This document shows positions 41,191 through 51,235 of a stretch of 64,000 nucleotides of DNA, one piece after another. The stretch is from positions 1 through 64,000 of the forward strand of contig JBDKFG010000009.1 of the NCBI GenBank assembly GCA_039798785.1. Reading direction: 5' to 3'. The translations under genes and the position numbers were made by a program. The notes below the pieces were generated by a model, which was given only the letters and a program-made list of their open reading frames with translations, did not search any database and had not been told where the DNA came from. Each line of letters opens with the position of its first letter. Position 1 is the stretch's first letter. This DNA comes from Verrucomicrobiota bacterium. Its GTDB lineage: Bacteria; Verrucomicrobiota; Lentisphaeria; Lentisphaerales; Lentisphaeraceae.

Positions 41191-41505
41191 ATGCCCCGAC
41201 CCGAACTTGAAACCCTCCGCCAGGAACTCGCCGCCGGCAGCGCCCAACTCCTCGACATCCGCGAATGGGATGAATGGAAGGCCGGCCACCTCTCCCAGGC
41301 TGTCTTCTGCCCCCTTTCCGGCATCAACGGCGGCGACATCCCGGCTGAGCTGGACCCCGCCAAGAAGACCTACATCCACTGCCGCAGCGGCCGCCGCGTC
41401 CTGCAAGGCAAGCCCCTCCTCGAAGAGGCAGGCTTCACTCATGTCATCGCCCTGCCCGAAGGCTTCGACGCCCTCGCCGCCGCCGGCTTCACCACGGAGA
41501 TCTGA
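41191..41505 (+). CDS. Rhodanese-like protein
   Basis: LLDIRE..EW..GH, HCRSGRR, GF. Confidence 0.88.
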   Translation: MPRPELETLRQELAAGSAQLLDIREWDEWKAGHLSQAVFCPLSGINGGDIPAELDPAKKTYIHCRSGRRVLQGKPLLEEAGFTHVIALPEGFDALAAAGFTTEI

Positions 41506-41507
41506 TC

Positions 41508-41927
41508 ATGGCCGCCGGAAAAATGAGCATCAAGCTGGTCCGCGACAGCGGCGTCGCCTTCAACTGCCTCAGCGGCCAGGGCCACCAGGTCCGCCTCGAC
41601 GGGCCGCCCTCGGTCGGCGGCCAGGACAGCGGCACCCGCCCGATGGAAATGGTCCTCATGGGCCTCGCCGGCTGCTCCGCCGTCGACATCGTCATGATCC
41701 TCGAGAAGATGCGTCTCCCCCCCGGCGCGATGGAGATCGGCGTCGAGGCGACCCGTGCCGACGCCGTCCCCGCCGTCTTCACCGACATCCACATGAGCTT
41801 CAAGGCCAGCGGCGTGCCGCTCGACAAGCTGCAGCGGGCCGCCGACCTGTCGGTCGAGAAATACTGCTCCGTCGCCCACATGCTCCAGCCCAAGGTGAAG
41901 ATCACCTGGAGCGTCGAAGCGCTCTGA
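41508..41927 (+). CDS. OsmC family protein (YhfA-like)
   Basis: RPMEMVLMGLAGCS..D, S.EKYCSV. Confidence 0.9.
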   Translation: MAAGKMSIKLVRDSGVAFNCLSGQGHQVRLDGPPSVGGQDSGTRPMEMVLMGLAGCSAVDIVMILEKMRLPPGAMEIGVEATRADAVPAVFTDIHMSFKASGVPLDKLQRAADLSVEKYCSVAHMLQPKVKITWSVEAL

Positions 41928-41928
41928 G

Positions 41929-42633
41929 ATGGGCCGCCGCGCCTTCCTCGCCGCCGGGCTCGCGGCGCTCGCCGCCGGCTGCTCCTCCCGGGCCCCGGCC
42001 GTGCCGGATCCGCAGCAGGATCTCTATCACCTGAGCTGGAAGGGGATGAAGGTGGGCGAGGCCCGCCTCAGCCGCCGCGACGAAACCGGCCTCACCCGCT
42101 TCGCCTTCGACTTCCACAGCAGCGGCGCCCTCGAGCTCATCCACCCGGTCCACCGCCAGATCGAAGCCAGCGCCAGCCCCGACTTGCAACGCTCCCTGAG
42201 CTACCGGGAACGCGGCGGCAAAAAGACCAAAAGCCTCGACTTCGACTGGCCCCGCGGCGAAATCCGGCGCTGGCGCGATATGGAACTCCGCCAGACCCTG
42301 CCCGCCACCTCGCCCTGCCTCGACCCCCTCACCTTGATCTACGCCCTCCGCCAAGCGCCGCTGCGCCCCGGCCGGGAACTCCGCTTCCTCCTCACCGACG
42401 GCCGCAAGATCGCCCCTGTCACCGCCTCGGTCGAGCCCTGCGAGCTCGAAGGCCGCCCAGGCTTTCTCGTCCGCCCCAAGATGTCCGACCTCGAAGGCCT
42501 GCTCCGCCTCGGCGACGCCGAAGCCAGCCTCAGCCTGTGGATCGAGGACGCCACCGCCCGCCGCCTGCTGCGCATCGACGCCGGCAGCCCCTGGGGCGAG
42601 ATCCGCGCCGAGCTGCAAGACGCCGCGCGTTGA
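41929..42633 (+). CDS. DUF3108-like lipoprotein with possible Tat signal
   Basis: RRAFL...LAAGC; Y.LSW.G..VG; LDPLT..Y.LR. Confidence 0.65.
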   Translation: MGRRAFLAAGLAALAAGCSSRAPAVPDPQQDLYHLSWKGMKVGEARLSRRDETGLTRFAFDFHSSGALELIHPVHRQIEASASPDLQRSLSYRERGGKKTKSLDFDWPRGEIRRWRDMELRQTLPATSPCLDPLTLIYALRQAPLRPGRELRFLLTDGRKIAPVTASVEPCELEGRPGFLVRPKMSDLEGLLRLGDAEASLSLWIEDATARRLLRIDAGSPWGEIRAELQDAAR

Positions 42634-42643
42634 TCTCGGCGAC

Positions 42644-44425
42644 TCAGCCGCACGGCGGCCCCGACGCCTTCAGCGAGTCCTGATAGGCCGCCGTCCCGTC
42701 CCCCATGTAGGCTTCAAGAGTCCGCAACGGCGCCACCGCAAGATCGACGACGATCAAGCCGTCGAGAGTGCCGCCGAACTTGTCGTCGACGCCGAATCCG
42801 TAGAAGCGGGCTCCCATCTTCATGTAATGCTTGACTAGCACCGGCAGATCCTTGCCGTCGTGCTCAATCGCCCGGATCAGATCCGAGAGATCCTCCGGAG
42901 TCGTGACCTTGAAGCGCGCGCATCTCTGGCGCAGCTCGCGGCTGAGCCGGCCGCGGTGCGGATCCTTGGCCTTGATCAGAGCTTTGCGCTCCTGCAGCAG
43001 CTCCACCATCAGACTGCGGCTGAGCGTGTCGTACTCGGCGCTGATCGAAACCGGCCCGAAAAGATGGCGAAGCCCGCTCTTTTTGGCGAAGCGGCAGATG
43101 CCGCGCCAAAGCAGCGGCAGGCACTGCGGCCGGCGCTGGAATTCCAGCGCGATGAAGGAACGCCCGAGCTCCGCCGCCGCCGGATGGCGGGTGAGGAACT
43201 CCGGGCCGTAATCGAAGAAGCGCCGGGTGTACAAAGCCGACAGCTCCTGGTCGCGGACCAGCTCGTCGACGAGGCCGATGCGATAGCCGCCGGCAATCTG
43301 CTTCGTCACATCGTTCCAAAGGATCATCTGGAGATAGCGTTCGTCGAAGAAATCGAGATCGAGCGCCGCTCCCGTGCCCTCGCCGGCCGCCCGGAAGGCC
43401 TCTTCGCGCAGGCGCCCAAGCTCGAGCATCAGTCCGGCGCCTTGACCGGAGCGGAAGATGCGGATCTGCCATTCTCCCTGGCTGACGAGCAAAGACGCCT
43501 CCGGCAAGGCGGCGATCTCCGCTGCCAGCAGCTCGCGATCGACTGGACGCAGAAGGGGTCGTGTCTGGCGCTCGGGACGAACGCAAGGCTGCTGGCGGCC
43601 GCCGTTCTCGGCCAGCACGGAGCAGCGCAGCCGGAGATAGTCGGTGCCGGCCTGAGGCGCCTCGAAACGGTTCAAGGTGCGCGCTTCGATCGGCTTGCCC
43701 AGGGCCACCCGTATCTTCTGGCCGGGTCGGGCCATCTCGCGCGGCAGCAGGATCGTGCGGAGCAGCGGATGCAAGGCGCCAAGAGTGTAGAAAGTCCTGG
43801 AGTTGCGCGCCGAGAACCACACCGGAACGACGGTGGCGCCGCTCATCCTTGCCAGGCGGAAGGCGTCCTGGCTCCACTCGGCATCGGTGATGCACGCCTC
43901 GCGCAGGTCGAAGCGAGAGACTGCGCCCGCCGGGAACATTCCTAGGCAATGCCCCGCCTTGAGCCACTCCACCGAGCGCCTCAGTCCTTGGGTGTTGGCG
44001 GCACCGCGCTGGAAGCTGTCGACTAGGATCAGCTTCTCGCGGATCTCGGGAATGGCTTTGAGAAAGGAATTGGCCATCACCTTGGCGTCCGGACGTGCCC
44101 GGCTCAGGATGCGGCTCAATATCATGCCGTCGAGGGCTCCCAGGGGGTGGTTGGCGATCGCCACAACCGGTCCTGTCGCAGGAATCCGGGCCAGACAGGC
44201 GGGGTCGATGTCGATTTCTATCCCCAGACGCTGCATCACCGTGTCGATGAAGGCCTCGGGATCCAAGCCGGCGAGCCCGTTGCAGTAGAGTCGGTTCAAT
44301 CCTTCCAGTCCGAGCAGCCGGTCGAGCAGCGGCCGTGCCGGCCGCAGCAAGCCCCGGCCGAAAAGCGGCGACAGTTCGTCGATGCTGAATCGCAGATTCG
44401 GAGGAAGTTCGGCAGCCGTGTTCAT
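42644..44425 (-). CDS. PlsC-type acyltransferase + GNAT (OlsB-like) fusion, OlsF-like amino-lipid synthase
   Basis: IANHPLGALDG, MFPAGAVS; ELGRLRE.AFR..GEG...LDLD.FD, GGYR, ELGRSF, LLWRGI, FGPVSIS, LPVLVK.Y, D..F...LDG. Confidence 0.85.
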   Translation of the reverse strand: MNTAAELPPNLRFSIDELSPLFGRGLLRPARPLLDRLLGLEGLNRLYCNGLAGLDPEAFIDTVMQRLGIEIDIDPACLARIPATGPVVAIANHPLGALDGMILSRILSRARPDAKVMANSFLKAIPEIREKLILVDSFQRGAANTQGLRRSVEWLKAGHCLGMFPAGAVSRFDLREACITDAEWSQDAFRLARMSGATVVPVWFSARNSRTFYTLGALHPLLRTILLPREMARPGQKIRVALGKPIEARTLNRFEAPQAGTDYLRLRCSVLAENGGRQQPCVRPERQTRPLLRPVDRELLAAEIAALPEASLLVSQGEWQIRIFRSGQGAGLMLELGRLREEAFRAAGEGTGAALDLDFFDERYLQMILWNDVTKQIAGGYRIGLVDELVRDQELSALYTRRFFDYGPEFLTRHPAAAELGRSFIALEFQRRPQCLPLLWRGICRFAKKSGLRHLFGPVSISAEYDTLSRSLMVELLQERKALIKAKDPHRGRLSRELRQRCARFKVTTPEDLSDLIRAIEHDGKDLPVLVKHYMKMGARFYGFGVDDKFGGTLDGLIVVDLAVAPLRTLEAYMGDGTAAYQDSLKASGPPCG

Positions 44426-44603
44426 CGTCGTTACTCCTGAGCTTGGACAAGCGGGACTTCATGCCCCGCCGACAACAAACCATGCGGCTTCGAGCCAGAA
44501 ACCACGACCCTGATAAATCTGGGTTAAGCATTGATGAAATCGATGCCAGGCTTGCCTTAGCCTCGCTCCGGTCCTAGATTGTAGGCAAGCCCAGGAGCCC
44601 TCC

Positions 44604-45362
44604 ATGCTTTTCCACGCCGCCCTCAGCTTCGCCGTGTTCTGCCAGGCGCCCCAGCCGGAGGAGGCGCGTCAGCGGATCTCCGCTCTCAGTGCCGAGCTCG
44701 AAACCGCGCAAAGCCGGCTCAATGAACTGAAAAACCGGATCGGCGAAAAAGTTGCCGAGATCACCCGCCTGCGCAAGCAAATCGAGCCGCCGGTCTGCAT
44801 CCTTGATCCGGCCCTGATGGCCGCCAAAGAGGCGGGCCGCGTCCTGCCGGAAGCCTTGCCGAGATTGGAGCTGCCATCCGAGGAGCGCCGACGTCTCAGC
44901 GACTTGTTCTGGCGCGACACTCCGGCCTTCCAGAAGGAGATCCGGGCCAAAATCGGCCAATTGCCGTCGGAAGTTCCTCAAGCCGCAAACCCCGCTCCGG
45001 CGCGGCCCCGGCCTAGACCCGCCGATCCGCTCGCCGCCGAAGCCCAGGACCTGGCCGGGCGATTGCAGGAATCGGTCGCCTCGCTCAGCTCTTGTGAAAA
45101 GACTCTGCAGGAGCACGATGCCGAATTCACCCGTCTGCGCGGCGAAGTCGAGAAGCTGGAAAAACCGGCGCCGCGCTCCGCCGTCGAGACGAGGATAAGG
45201 CGGGAGGCGGAGCTCCGCCGCCGTGTCCTGCCAGAAGGGCTGGCCGCCTTGCGCCAAAGCTTGTCGCCGCAAAAACTGGCCGAGCTCGAAACCTTGCTCT
45301 GGCAGGATCCCGCGGGCTTGACCGAAGCGCTCAACCGCCTCGCCTCGCCGGCAGGGAAATAG
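44604..45362 (+). CDS. Hypothetical exported coiled-coil protein
   Basis: Signal-like N-terminus, heptad-rich sequence. Confidence 0.55.
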   Translation: MLFHAALSFAVFCQAPQPEEARQRISALSAELETAQSRLNELKNRIGEKVAEITRLRKQIEPPVCILDPALMAAKEAGRVLPEALPRLELPSEERRRLSDLFWRDTPAFQKEIRAKIGQLPSEVPQAANPAPARPRPRPADPLAAEAQDLAGRLQESVASLSSCEKTLQEHDAEFTRLRGEVEKLEKPAPRSAVETRIRREAELRRRVLPEGLAALRQSLSPQKLAELETLLWQDPAGLTEALNRLASPAGK

Positions 45363-45602
45363 CCGCCACCGCCGAGAGGGTCCTGGAGTCCAAAGTTGAT
45401 TCTCCCTCAAAAGTTCGCGAACAGCGCAAAAGCCCGGCGCTCGCTCCGCGAGGCGAAGCGATTTCACGCTCAAGCCCGTGGGCTATGCCCACGGCTATGC
45501 CAGGTTAGCCCGCTACGTGGTGAGTTTTGAGGGGGGAACACCAGAGTTGAAAGCCCGCCAGATCCTCCGAATTTTCAATCGTAAATGTTTGTTTTTTTTG
45601 TG

Positions 45603-45671
45603 TTGAATTTTGAATCTGGAATTTTGAATTCTGGTTCCGGGTTGAGTTTCAGCTCAACTTCAGAATCCGGG
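45603..45671 (-). repeat. Second copy of the 21841-type intergenic repeat
   Basis: Reverse complement cccggattctgaagttgagctgaaactcaacccggaaccagaattcaaaattccagattcaaaattcaa aligns with cctggattccgaagttgagcttgggctcagcttccgaatccaggattcaagattcaagattcaa. Confidence 0.65.
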
Positions 45672-45710
45672 CTTATCTTGCGGCCTCCGCAACCCCGCTT
45701 GGAAACCCCG

Positions 45711-46862
45711 ATGTTTTTCCCGTCGAAACTGCCTCAGCTCGGCACCACCATCTTCACCGTCATGAGCGGTTTGGCGCGTCAGCACGGCGCGGTCAACCTG
45801 GCCCAGGGCTTTCCCGATTTCGATCCCGATCCGCGCCTGGCGGAGCGCTGCGCCGCGGCTCTGGCGGCGGGTCGCCATCAATATGCGCCGATGGCCGGCC
45901 TGCCGGAGCTTCGCGGCGCCCTGGCGACGGCGATGCGGGAGGATTTCGGCATCGACTACGATCCGGAGAGCGAGGTGACGATCACCGCGGGGGCGACCCA
46001 GGCGTTGCACTCGGCTCTGAGCTGCCTCCTCCATCCCGGCGACGAGTGCCTGATCTTCGAGCCCGCCTACGACTCCTACGGCCCGACGATCCTGATGAAC
46101 GGCGCGGTGCCGGTGCCGGTGACCATGAGGCCGCCGGATTTCCGCTGGGACTGGGACGCGGCGGCGGCGAAAATCACCTCCCGCACCCGTGCCATCGTGG
46201 TCAATTCGCCCCACAACCCGACCGGCTCCTGCTTCGCCGAGGCCGACCTGATCGCCCTGGAAAACCTCGCCGAGAAACACGGACTCTGGGTGGTCAGCGA
46301 CGAGGTCTACGCCGGCATCGTCCACGACGGCCGCCGCCACTTCTCCTGCGGCTCCCGCGCCGCCCTGCGGGCCCGCAGCTTCGTCTGCATGAGCTTTGGC
46401 AAGACCTTCCACTGCACCGGCTGGAAGGTCGGCGGCTGCCTCGCTCCGGCGGAGCTCAGCGCCGAGTTCCGCAAGGTCCATCAGTTCACCACTTTCTCGG
46501 TCAACACCCCGGCCCAGGCCGCCCTTGCCGATCTTTGCGCTCTCCGCGAAGCGCGCCGCCACGGCGATTTCTTCCAGACCCGTCGCGACCTGCTGATCTC
46601 CAGCCTCGCCGGCTCGGGACTGCAAGCCCTCGCACCCTGCCAGGGCAGCTACTTCCAGCTCTTCGACTACTCCGCCCTAAGGGATGAGAGGGACCTCGAT
46701 TTCGCCGCCCGCATGACTCGTGAACGCGGAGTCGCCTCGATCCCCCTCAGTCCCTTCACGGCAGATCCTGATCCAGCGCAGCGCTTGATCCGTCTCTGTT
46801 TCGCCAAGAAGCCCGAAACTCTGTTAGCCGCGGCGGCGAAACTGCGAGCCGCGAGGGGCTGA
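45711..46862 (+). CDS. PLP-dependent methionine aminotransferase (YbdL-like, class I/II)
   Basis: SKLP..GTTIFTVMS, NLAQGFPDF, QYAPM.G, PHNPTG, SDEVY, SFGKTFHCTGWKVG, RLCFAK. Confidence 0.92.
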   Translation: MFFPSKLPQLGTTIFTVMSGLARQHGAVNLAQGFPDFDPDPRLAERCAAALAAGRHQYAPMAGLPELRGALATAMREDFGIDYDPESEVTITAGATQALHSALSCLLHPGDECLIFEPAYDSYGPTILMNGAVPVPVTMRPPDFRWDWDAAAAKITSRTRAIVVNSPHNPTGSCFAEADLIALENLAEKHGLWVVSDEVYAGIVHDGRRHFSCGSRAALRARSFVCMSFGKTFHCTGWKVGGCLAPAELSAEFRKVHQFTTFSVNTPAQAALADLCALREARRHGDFFQTRRDLLISSLAGSGLQALAPCQGSYFQLFDYSALRDERDLDFAARMTRERGVASIPLSPFTADPDPAQRLIRLCFAKKPETLLAAAAKLRAARG

Positions 46863-46889
46863 TACAGGCCTAACAGGATGGGATGAGTG

Positions 46890-47834
46890 TCAATCGCGCA
46901 ATCGCGACTGAGTCTTGCCAGCGACAGACGGACCTTGATTCGGTGTATCAGAGTTCCTAATGAATAAGAATCCTCCTAGGCTGCAGCCGAAAATGATGAG
47001 CAAGCCGAAGATGCCGCCGGTCCATATCCAAAAGCGACGATTTTGGGCCTTGGCTTTTTCTTCGGCTGCATGTTTGGCCGCTTTCTCCTGAGCTCTCTTG
47101 CGTTCAGCAAGGATCTGCTCTGTGCGGGTCTTGAACTCAGAACGTACGGCGTGTGCCAGGCTGACCCAGCCTTCCGGGCTTGAAATGAAGCCTGCATCCT
47201 CGTTTGCACGGCACAGGGCATCATGTATTTCCTTCCAATGTTCTGACTGCCATTTCTTTTGAAGCGTATCGATGTCTTGAAGTCGGTTGGCAATGAATCG
47301 TTGGCGCAGCAAAACTACACGATCGGGTTGTAGGCCGTCCCGAATTTTCTGGTCCATCACATCCGCGATCAGATATTCTTTTGAATCAACTTTAAAACGA
47401 GCTCGGCCCAAAGCGCTTATTCGTCCTTTCAGATCGAGTTGAAGAAATGGGCTGTAGATGCAATTGATTTCGTCGCCGATGTTATATTCTGGTACATCGA
47501 GAGCGGCGGCATCTTCAAGTGATTTTTGGCTCGGAACGGGTATTGCATGTTCACTCTTCTCGCGGACTATTTTGTTGGCCTCATTAATTGTGTCGATCAG
47601 AGAATTTTTATTGGGGGTTTCTGGAATTCCTAGTTTTTTGGCGCAGATTGCTATACAAATGTCGATCTGTCTGTCCTGGTCATTGATAATGTCTTCGTCT
47701 TTTACTCCAGAAACTGTTTGATGGATGCGCTCCCTTCTTTCTTGGCTAGAAGAGACTCTAGGTTCTACCGAGGTATACTCGGCAGCACTCAGAACGATTT
47801 CAATCCCTATGGTCAAAGCAGCAAGGAGCTTCAT
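46890..47834 (-). CDS. Lower-GC hypothetical protein with signal peptide and C-terminal TM anchor
   Basis: 314-aa ORF; visibly more AT-rich than neighbours; FWIWTGGIFGLLIIFG. Confidence 0.65.
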   Translation of the reverse strand: MKLLAALTIGIEIVLSAAEYTSVEPRVSSSQERRERIHQTVSGVKDEDIINDQDRQIDICIAICAKKLGIPETPNKNSLIDTINEANKIVREKSEHAIPVPSQKSLEDAAALDVPEYNIGDEINCIYSPFLQLDLKGRISALGRARFKVDSKEYLIADVMDQKIRDGLQPDRVVLLRQRFIANRLQDIDTLQKKWQSEHWKEIHDALCRANEDAGFISSPEGWVSLAHAVRSEFKTRTEQILAERKRAQEKAAKHAAEEKAKAQNRRFWIWTGGIFGLLIIFGCSLGGFLFIRNSDTPNQGPSVAGKTQSRLRD

Positions 47835-47961
47835 GAAGAACTTACCTCTTAGATGATGTTTAAATCTACATTAACTATACTCGGTCGATAAGCAAGGTGT
47901 CGCTCTCTTGTTCTTATGTTGCTAAGGGATAGGAGGGAAAGCTTGAAATTGACGAGGTGTT

Positions 47962-49446
47962 TTGCAAAAGCCGTCAGAGTCCTTCGTTGTGCGGTTGTTC
48001 TCGGGCCGATTGGCGGTTTATTGGGCGGATTCATCCCGAATCCCCAGTCCCAGCAGGTGCCGAGTGACATGTCCGCTTTTCATTCGTCGTTTAGCCGGGC
48101 GTCATTGGCATGGGCCTGGCGGCCTGGCCGAGCTGCTGCCGATCGCCTTGCCGATGGTGGTGTCCTCGGCCAGCGACACTTTGATGCTTTTCTGGGACCG
48201 TTGGCTGCTGTCGCAACGGGGCATGCTGGAGATGTCGGCGGCGTTTTCCGGTGGCCTCACCTCCTTTCTCACCGCCTGCTTCTTTCTAGGCGTGCTGGGA
48301 TCGGCGACGCCTCTGGCCAGCCAGTACCTCGGGGCCGGACGACCTGAGCGGGCTGGCGCGGTGCTGGGGCAGTCGCTTCTTTTCACTTGCATGGCGGCAC
48401 CGCTCCTGCCGCTCAGCGTTCCGCTGGCGGGCTTGCTGTTCCGTGCCTTCGGACATCAGGGCGAGCTGCTCCGGCTTGAGCTTGATTATTATTTCTGGAT
48501 GAGCTTCGCCCACATTCCGATGCTCTTCAAGGCTAGTTTCGGAGCCTTCTTCACGGCTCTCGGTCGGACCCGCTTGGTGATGGCGGCCAATCTCGGCGCC
48601 GCGCTGCTCAACGTCCCGCTCGCCTGGCTGCTGATCACCGGCGGCGGCTTTTTCGAGGGTCTCGGGCTGAAAGGTGCGGCGATCGCCACCGGCTGCGCCG
48701 GCATGCTCGGAGTCGCCCTGCTCGCTTCGCAGGCTTTCTCTCCTGCCTGCCGCCGTGAATTCGGGACATTTACTGGGCTGCGCCGCGACGGCGAGCTCTT
48801 CCGCCGTCTTCTTCGCTTCGGCCTGCCGGGCGGTGCCGAGTTCCTGCTGATGATGGCTGGATTCAACGGTTTCATCCTCGCCTTCCAGTCGGCCGGGATC
48901 CTGTCGGCGGCGGCGGTGACCATCTGCTTCAACTGGGAGCTGCTCGCCTTTCTGCCGATGACCGGGCTGCAGGTGGCGGTGTCTTCGGTCAGCGCCCGCT
49001 GCCTCGGGGCGGAGGATCCCGCTTCGGCGGAGCGCGCCGCCTTCAACGGCTTGCGACTGGCCTGGGGCTACTCCAGCCTGATGGCCTTGATCTTCCTGGT
49101 CTTCGCCCCGCAGCTTGCCGGAATCTTCGCCTCGCGGGATGGGCATGAGGCGGCCGAGCTTGCCTCTTCGATGCTGCGACTTTGCGCCATCTATCTCTTG
49201 GCGGATTCGGCCCACCTGATCTTCGGGGGTGTCTTGAAAGGGGCGGGCGACGTGCGGTTCCCTCTGGTGACCAGCACTTTGATCTTCTGGGGCCTGGCGG
49301 GCCTAACCTTGCTTGGCGTCCGCCTCGGTTTCGGCCCCCTGGCCCTGTGGGGCCTTTTCATCGTCGCGATGTTGATTCTCGGCAGCGTACTTTATCTGCG
49401 CTTCCGGCTGGGCCCTTGGAGGGGCCTGAGGATGATCGAGAATTGA
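47962..49446 (+). CDS. MATE family efflux transporter
   Basis: IALPM, D..LLS..G, SQYLGA, LG.T, N.PL, GLGLKGAAIAT, G.LKGAGD; true start probably GTG near 48064. Confidence 0.9.
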   Translation: MQKPSESFVVRLFSGRLAVYWADSSRIPSPSRCRVTCPLFIRRLAGRHWHGPGGLAELLPIALPMVVSSASDTLMLFWDRWLLSQRGMLEMSAAFSGGLTSFLTACFFLGVLGSATPLASQYLGAGRPERAGAVLGQSLLFTCMAAPLLPLSVPLAGLLFRAFGHQGELLRLELDYYFWMSFAHIPMLFKASFGAFFTALGRTRLVMAANLGAALLNVPLAWLLITGGGFFEGLGLKGAAIATGCAGMLGVALLASQAFSPACRREFGTFTGLRRDGELFRRLLRFGLPGGAEFLLMMAGFNGFILAFQSAGILSAAAVTICFNWELLAFLPMTGLQVAVSSVSARCLGAEDPASAERAAFNGLRLAWGYSSLMALIFLVFAPQLAGIFASRDGHEAAELASSMLRLCAIYLLADSAHLIFGGVLKGAGDVRFPLVTSTLIFWGLAGLTLLGVRLGFGPLALWGLFIVAMLILGSVLYLRFRLGPWRGLRMIEN

Positions 49447-49566
49447 GCTGGGGGGCAGGCCGGGACGCGATGATTGCCGAAATTCATCGGGTCTTGACTG
49501 ATGCCGCCTTGCTTATCCCTGCTCCCGGGATGATTTTGTCGAATGATCCCCCAAGGAGTGTTTCGG

Positions 49567-51120
49567 ATGTCACGAAGTGAATGGAAGGGCCGCATGGCGG
49601 CCGTGGTCGACATTGGTTCCAGCGCCCTGAGGCTGCTCGTCGCGGAGCGGCTCGACGACGCCACCTGGCATGCCCTCGAGAGCCTCGAGCGTCCCTGCGA
49701 GCTGGGCCGCGATGTCTTCCTCCATGGCGAGATCGGTCCGGAGAGCTTCCGCCATCTCCTCGCCGTGCTCGCCAGCTTTCGCGAGACCTTGCGCGCCTGG
49801 CAGGTTCCCGACAATTCGGTGCGGGTGATCGGCACCAGCGCCCTGCGCGAAGCACTCAACCGTGATACCGTGGTCGACCGGATCAGCCTCCGCACCGGCT
49901 TCCAGATCGAGGTGATCGAAGGGGTCGAAGCCAGCCGGCTGACTTATCTGGCGGTGGAGTCCGCTCTTGCCCAGGGCTGGCCCGGCTTCCAGCTGGCCAA
50001 CACCCTGGTCGTCGAAGTCTCCGGCGGCAGCACCGAGGTCCTCCTCCTGCACCGCGGCGCCGTCGCCGCGACCCACACCCTGGCGCTGGGCACCGTCCGC
50101 ATCGGCCAGCAGCTTCGCGGCAGCGGCGGCAACGAAATGGCCGGACGCGTCCTCGAAGACGCGGTGCAGGGTTTCAGCCGCATGGTCGATTCGGAATTCC
50201 CGCTCAGCCAGGTGAACTTCATCGTCGCCATCGGCGGCGAACTGCGCTTCGCCGCCCGCCGCATCGGCAAGGAGATCACGCCGCGGCTGCGCCGCATCGA
50301 GGGCAAGGACTTCCTCAAGCTCACTGATTCCCTCAGGCGACTGGCTCCCGATGAGATCGCCCGCCGCCACGGGCTCAGTCCTTCCGATGCCGCCAGCCTC
50401 TTTCCGGCGCTCAAGGTGGTCAGCGCCTTCCTCCAGGCTTCCAACGCCAAGCATCTGCTCGTCCCCGATGCCAGTATCCGTGACGGCGTCCTCGACGACC
50501 TCGCCCGCGGCGGCGGCATCGATTCCTCCCTTGCCGAGCAGATCATCGCCTCGGCCTGGAACGTCGCCCGCAAATACCATTGCGACGAAGACCATGCCCG
50601 ACATACCCGCGAAGCCGCCCTGACGCTCTTCGACGCCATCGCTCCCGGCCGCGGTCTCGACGCCTCCCACCGCCTCATCCTCGAGGTCGCCGCCATCCTC
50701 CACGACGCCGGCCGCTTCATCGCCACCAGCTCGCACCACAAACACTCGCTCTACATCATCCGCAACACCGAGATCTTCGGCCTCAGCCCGGAGGCCCGTG
50801 AAGTGGCTGCCAATGTTGCCCGCTATCACCGCAAGAACCCTCCCAGCCTCGACGACAAGGAGTTCGCCGATCTCGAACGAGATCAGCGCCTCGCCGTGGT
50901 CAAGCTCGCCGCCATCCTCCGCGTCGCCGACGCCCTCGACTCTGGCGAGCGCTCCCGGGCGGTGGTCAGCAAGGTCGAAGTCGACGAAGCCGAGGGAGAA
51001 CTCCGGCTCTACCTCGACCGCGGCGACGAAGCCGCTTCCGCCGTCCGTGCCCGCGCCGACATGATGGACGACGTCTTCGGCCTCCATCCGCGGCTGATCT
51101 CCAGATTCAAAGCTGAATAA
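49567..51120 (+). CDS. ppx: Exopolyphosphatase Ppx/GppA with HD domain
   Basis: VDIGSSALRL, GTSALREA, EVI.G.E, EVSGGSTE, SIRDG, AAILHDAG, HHKHS, RYHRK, ILRVADALD. Confidence 0.92.
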   Translation: MSRSEWKGRMAAVVDIGSSALRLLVAERLDDATWHALESLERPCELGRDVFLHGEIGPESFRHLLAVLASFRETLRAWQVPDNSVRVIGTSALREALNRDTVVDRISLRTGFQIEVIEGVEASRLTYLAVESALAQGWPGFQLANTLVVEVSGGSTEVLLLHRGAVAATHTLALGTVRIGQQLRGSGGNEMAGRVLEDAVQGFSRMVDSEFPLSQVNFIVAIGGELRFAARRIGKEITPRLRRIEGKDFLKLTDSLRRLAPDEIARRHGLSPSDAASLFPALKVVSAFLQASNAKHLLVPDASIRDGVLDDLARGGGIDSSLAEQIIASAWNVARKYHCDEDHARHTREAALTLFDAIAPGRGLDASHRLILEVAAILHDAGRFIATSSHHKHSLYIIRNTEIFGLSPEAREVAANVARYHRKNPPSLDDKEFADLERDQRLAVVKLAAILRVADALDSGERSRAVVSKVEVDEAEGELRLYLDRGDEAASAVRARADMMDDVFGLHPRLISRFKAE

Positions 51121-51235
51121 GGTTTTACAAGTTCGAGGCGTTTTCAGGGTTTTAAGGCCCACTCTCCAAGCCCTTGAACCGCTAAAACCCTTCCAACTCT
51201 TGCGAACCTTGAACCCCTAAAACCCCCGACCCACC

